DNA of 64,000 nucleotides from an uncultured Planctomycetaceae bacterium (GTDB lineage Bacteria; Planctomycetota; Planctomycetia; Planctomycetales; Planctomycetaceae): NCBI GenBank assembly GCA_963976765.1, contig CAXBME010000006.1, positions 124,001 to 188,000 of the forward strand, read 5' to 3'. Shown piece by piece: positions 61,462 to 64,000 of this stretch (position 1 is its first letter; each line of letters starts with the position of its first letter). The notes under the pieces were generated by a model. It saw only the letters and a program-made list of their open reading frames with translations, ran no database searches and was not told where the DNA came from. The position numbers and the translations under genes were made by a program.

Positions 61462-62400
61462 CTACTCGTCGTCCTGATGCAGTTCCGGCTTGAGCCAGAC
61501 GAAGCTCTTGCCCAGGCGGCCTCCGTAGTTGCCGGCGGTTATTCGGACCAGGCCGGGCGTATCAACCGAGGCTTTGATGGCAGCCTGAGTCGCGTCCGAA
61601 ATGGCCTGAAGACTGCCACCGTTGATGACAATTTCCATGACCGATTGAACGTTGGCAGGCAGGCGAGTTTCGACATCCGGCGAGTCTCGAAGCGTCGGAC
61701 AATACTCGGCGTACGTGCTGGCAATCAGGAATGAATATTTACTGCCGGCTTTGGACGCGCTGGCGGCGACGCCTCCGGGAAAGGTCATGATCGTGCCGGG
61801 GCAGTCGTTGACGGCGGCGGCGCCTCGTTCAGCCGCTTCAATCGCTGAGTCTTCGGTTTCGCCAAGAAACCACAGATTGCCGCCCATCACTCCGTCGGTG
61901 AATCCGAAACGCCGATCAAGGACAAAATCGCCACCCATCGTCGGAACGGTCCAGACTTTGTGGCCGAAACGTTCTTCACGTTTCTGATGGCCGTCTCCAA
62001 AGAAAGAAACCTTCTTACCAAGCTTGAAGAATGGATCGGTGTCGAGCAGGTTGAAGCAGCGAGCGGTCGGACAAGTCATCACGTTCTGGCTGATGCGTAC
62101 CAGTAGCGATCGTTCCAGAGCCTCAACTCGATCCTTGCGGAACCTGGGCACGTGGATCTGCACGATGGCTCCCGGTCGACCATCCGGCGTTTCGAACGAC
62201 TCGTCACCGCCCGGACCGACATACCGATCCAGACCGGCTTCGCAATCGCACAGGATGGTGCTCGACGCGTTGCCGGTTGCTTCGCGGAGCGCATGGTCGA
62301 GCCACTTTCGATCTCGAGCCGTGATCAGGAACTCGGCATAGATCGACCGAAAACCTTCGGCATAGGTGTCCTCAACTTCCGCTCGATGATTCTCTGACAT
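61462..62400 (-). CDS. fhcD: Formylmethanofuran--tetrahydromethanopterin N-formyltransferase
   Basis: EDTYAEGF, CDCEAG, TPDGRPG, QNVMTCPT, FFGDG, GGNL, FPGG..SKAGSKY, EIVING, TAGNYGGRLG. Confidence 0.95.
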   Translation of the reverse strand: MSENHRAEVEDTYAEGFRSIYAEFLITARDRKWLDHALREATGNASSTILCDCEAGLDRYVGPGGDESFETPDGRPGAIVQIHVPRFRKDRVEALERSLLVRISQNVMTCPTARCFNLLDTDPFFKLGKKVSFFGDGHQKREERFGHKVWTVPTMGGDFVLDRRFGFTDGVMGGNLWFLGETEDSAIEAAERGAAAVNDCPGTIMTFPGGVAASASKAGSKYSFLIASTYAEYCPTLRDSPDVETRLPANVQSVMEIVINGGSLQAISDATQAAIKASVDTPGLVRITAGNYGGRLGKSFVWLKPELHQDDE

Positions 62401-62539
62401 CTCGATACTCCTTCATCCTGGTCAGTTCTCAGGCGAGTGCGGCGCCGTTCGGAAGCTCGCGTTCGCTCTCCCGCATTGCGCAAACAAACGGCGGCCCCGT
62501 TGGACCGCCGTTTGAAAAAACTTCTCATTTGAAGGCGAC

Positions 62540-63040
62540 TTAGTCGTCATCTGGATCGTCGTCCAGGCCTTCCTCTTCATCATCGTCGTCGTCCTCGAAG
62601 TCTGCGTCATCGACTTCGACATCTCCCAGTTCATCTTCGTCTTTCGGCGCGGATACTTTTCTGATGACGACATCATCGTCATCGTCTTCGTCCAGTACAG
62701 GCTCGATGACCTGAACGCCGTCTCCGGAACCGGTGATCAACTCTTTGACCATCTGCATGAAGTAGAGCTTTTTGCCACGTCCCTGCAGAATCGCCAGCCG
62801 TTCTTCGGCGGCTTCTTTCTGGTCGTACGGGTACCGGCCCTCTTCTTTCATGCTGCCGCTGTAGAGCACCCAGACCGCTCGTTTGCGTTCCGGAGCCTTC
62901 TCGCGAACCTTGCGCGTGGCCGCTTTCTTACGAGTGGCCTTTTTCTTCTTCTTCGGGGTTTCTTCCGAATCATTGTCGGAAATCCCGGCCGCTTCTGCGG
63001 CGTCGTGCATTTTTCGAAGTTCAAGTCGACTCTTTGCCAT
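62540..63040 (-). CDS. Hypothetical protein with Lys-rich N-terminus and very acidic tail
   Basis: MAKSRLELRK start, KKKKKATRKK, W.LY..MKE..RY.YDQK core, D/E-rich C-terminus. Confidence 0.75.
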   Translation of the reverse strand: MAKSRLELRKMHDAAEAAGISDNDSEETPKKKKKATRKKAATRKVREKAPERKRAVWVLYSGSMKEEGRYPYDQKEAAEERLAILQGRGKKLYFMQMVKELITGSGDGVQVIEPVLDEDDDDDVVIRKVSAPKDEDELGDVEVDDADFEDDDDDEEEGLDDDPDDD

Positions 63041-63379
63041 CTTCGTTCTCACTACTGCCGCGGGCAGAACGTACTGAATCCGGACGATGCCGGCTGCGCT
63101 GCGATTTTCTGTACTGACTCCGAGTGCGATATTGAACGCACTGGATCGGCCAAACGGGGCCACAGGAAGTGTCAAAGAATAGCGAGACGAATTCCCGCTG
63201 ACCATCGTCCCGCCCGTCTGGAAGATGACCTCGCCCCGACGCCTGATCTGTTCCGGCACTCTTGACGTAACATCCTGTTGACACAGTGTTTCGGCCACGA
63301 ATATAAGATCCACCCGCCGAGCACAGAGAATTCACGCCGTCACCGCTCGGCCGCTCGATGGATCAGGATTGGACACTCG

Positions 63380-64000
63380 ATGGTCAAGGACGACCAGATT
63401 CACCCACAGGATTCCGACTGGCTGGCCGCTCCTCCGAGCAGCGGGTTGCCGCCGGAATTCCGACTGCTCTGCGTCGGCCCAACCGAACCCGACTGGATCG
63501 GCCTGACGCTGCAACTGGACGCTGTCGGGTGCAACGATCCGAAGTATCAGTGGGTCAGTTCCGCTTCGGAAGCGATGACGCTGCTGCGGAACGAGAACTT
63601 CGACTGCATCGTGATCGAGTGCTGGCCGACGAATCTCGACGACGTCAGGTGGGATGCTCCGGACCTCGTTCACGCCATCCGTGCATCCGGTTGCGGTGAC
63701 CCGATTGTTCTGCTGACACAGCAACCTGACGATGGCCTGACCGTCGAAGCGTGTACTTCACACTGTGAGATTCTTGTCTCATCGGCACTGTGGAGTTCGC
63801 GAGCCCTGGTTAACGTCATCCAGCAGAGCATTCGCCTGGTCGAGACCGCTCAACAGAACCACCACCACGCGGTGGCCAATCATCGCCGACTGGTTCGGGA
63901 ACGAGACGAAGCCGACCATCTACTCCGTCAGCAACGCGACATCATCCGGGAACTTGAAGCGATCACTCAGGGATCGTCCGACACCGAAGAAAACGACGCG
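63380..64000 (+). CDS. Atypical receiver-domain protein with coiled coil, truncated by window end
   Basis: Open frame from ATG 63380 to window end (not in ORF track): FRLLCVG...SEAMTLLRNENFDCIVIE...AIRASG..PIVLL, then RRLVRERDEADHLLRQQR. Confidence 0.75.
   Translation, partial: MVKDDQIHPQDSDWLAAPPSSGLPPEFRLLCVGPTEPDWIGLTLQLDAVGCNDPKYQWVSSASEAMTLLRNENFDCIVIECWPTNLDDVRWDAPDLVHAIRASGCGDPIVLLTQQPDDGLTVEACTSHCEILVSSALWSSRALVNVIQQSIRLVETAQQNHHHAVANHRRLVRERDEADHLLRQQRDIIRELEAITQGSSDTEENDA

Overview
Bacterial chromosomal window, most likely from a planctomycete (fhcD, DUF1571, SHD1-like domain, ECF-sigma/Ser-Thr kinase pair, EF-hand/RGP-rich secreted proteins). Most of it is housekeeping (folE, PPIase, phosphomutase, hemH, pheA, tpiA-secG-yicC-gmk-rpoZ, argE, galU, argG, fhcD). 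There is also a sigma54-type promoter driving a nitrate-assimilation operon (narK, nirB-nirD fusion, dmsB-dmsC fusion, nitrate reductase). The stand-out is an accessory block at about 15.4-28.2 kb between two EF-hand genes. It holds an internally deleted IS630 and an ECF sigma + Ser/Thr kinase-FGE pair. Divergent from these is a two-gene unit of predicted secreted proteins: a TPR protein ending in an HHSSFLAG...NxSGHYxP domain (like the plant IQM core and toxin-like domains), and an 1820-aa LamG-MACPF-LamG-LamG-SHD1 protein. This is a candidate regulated pore-former + cargo-enzyme system with no visible immunity gene. All calls come from motif recognition by eye; no searches were run.
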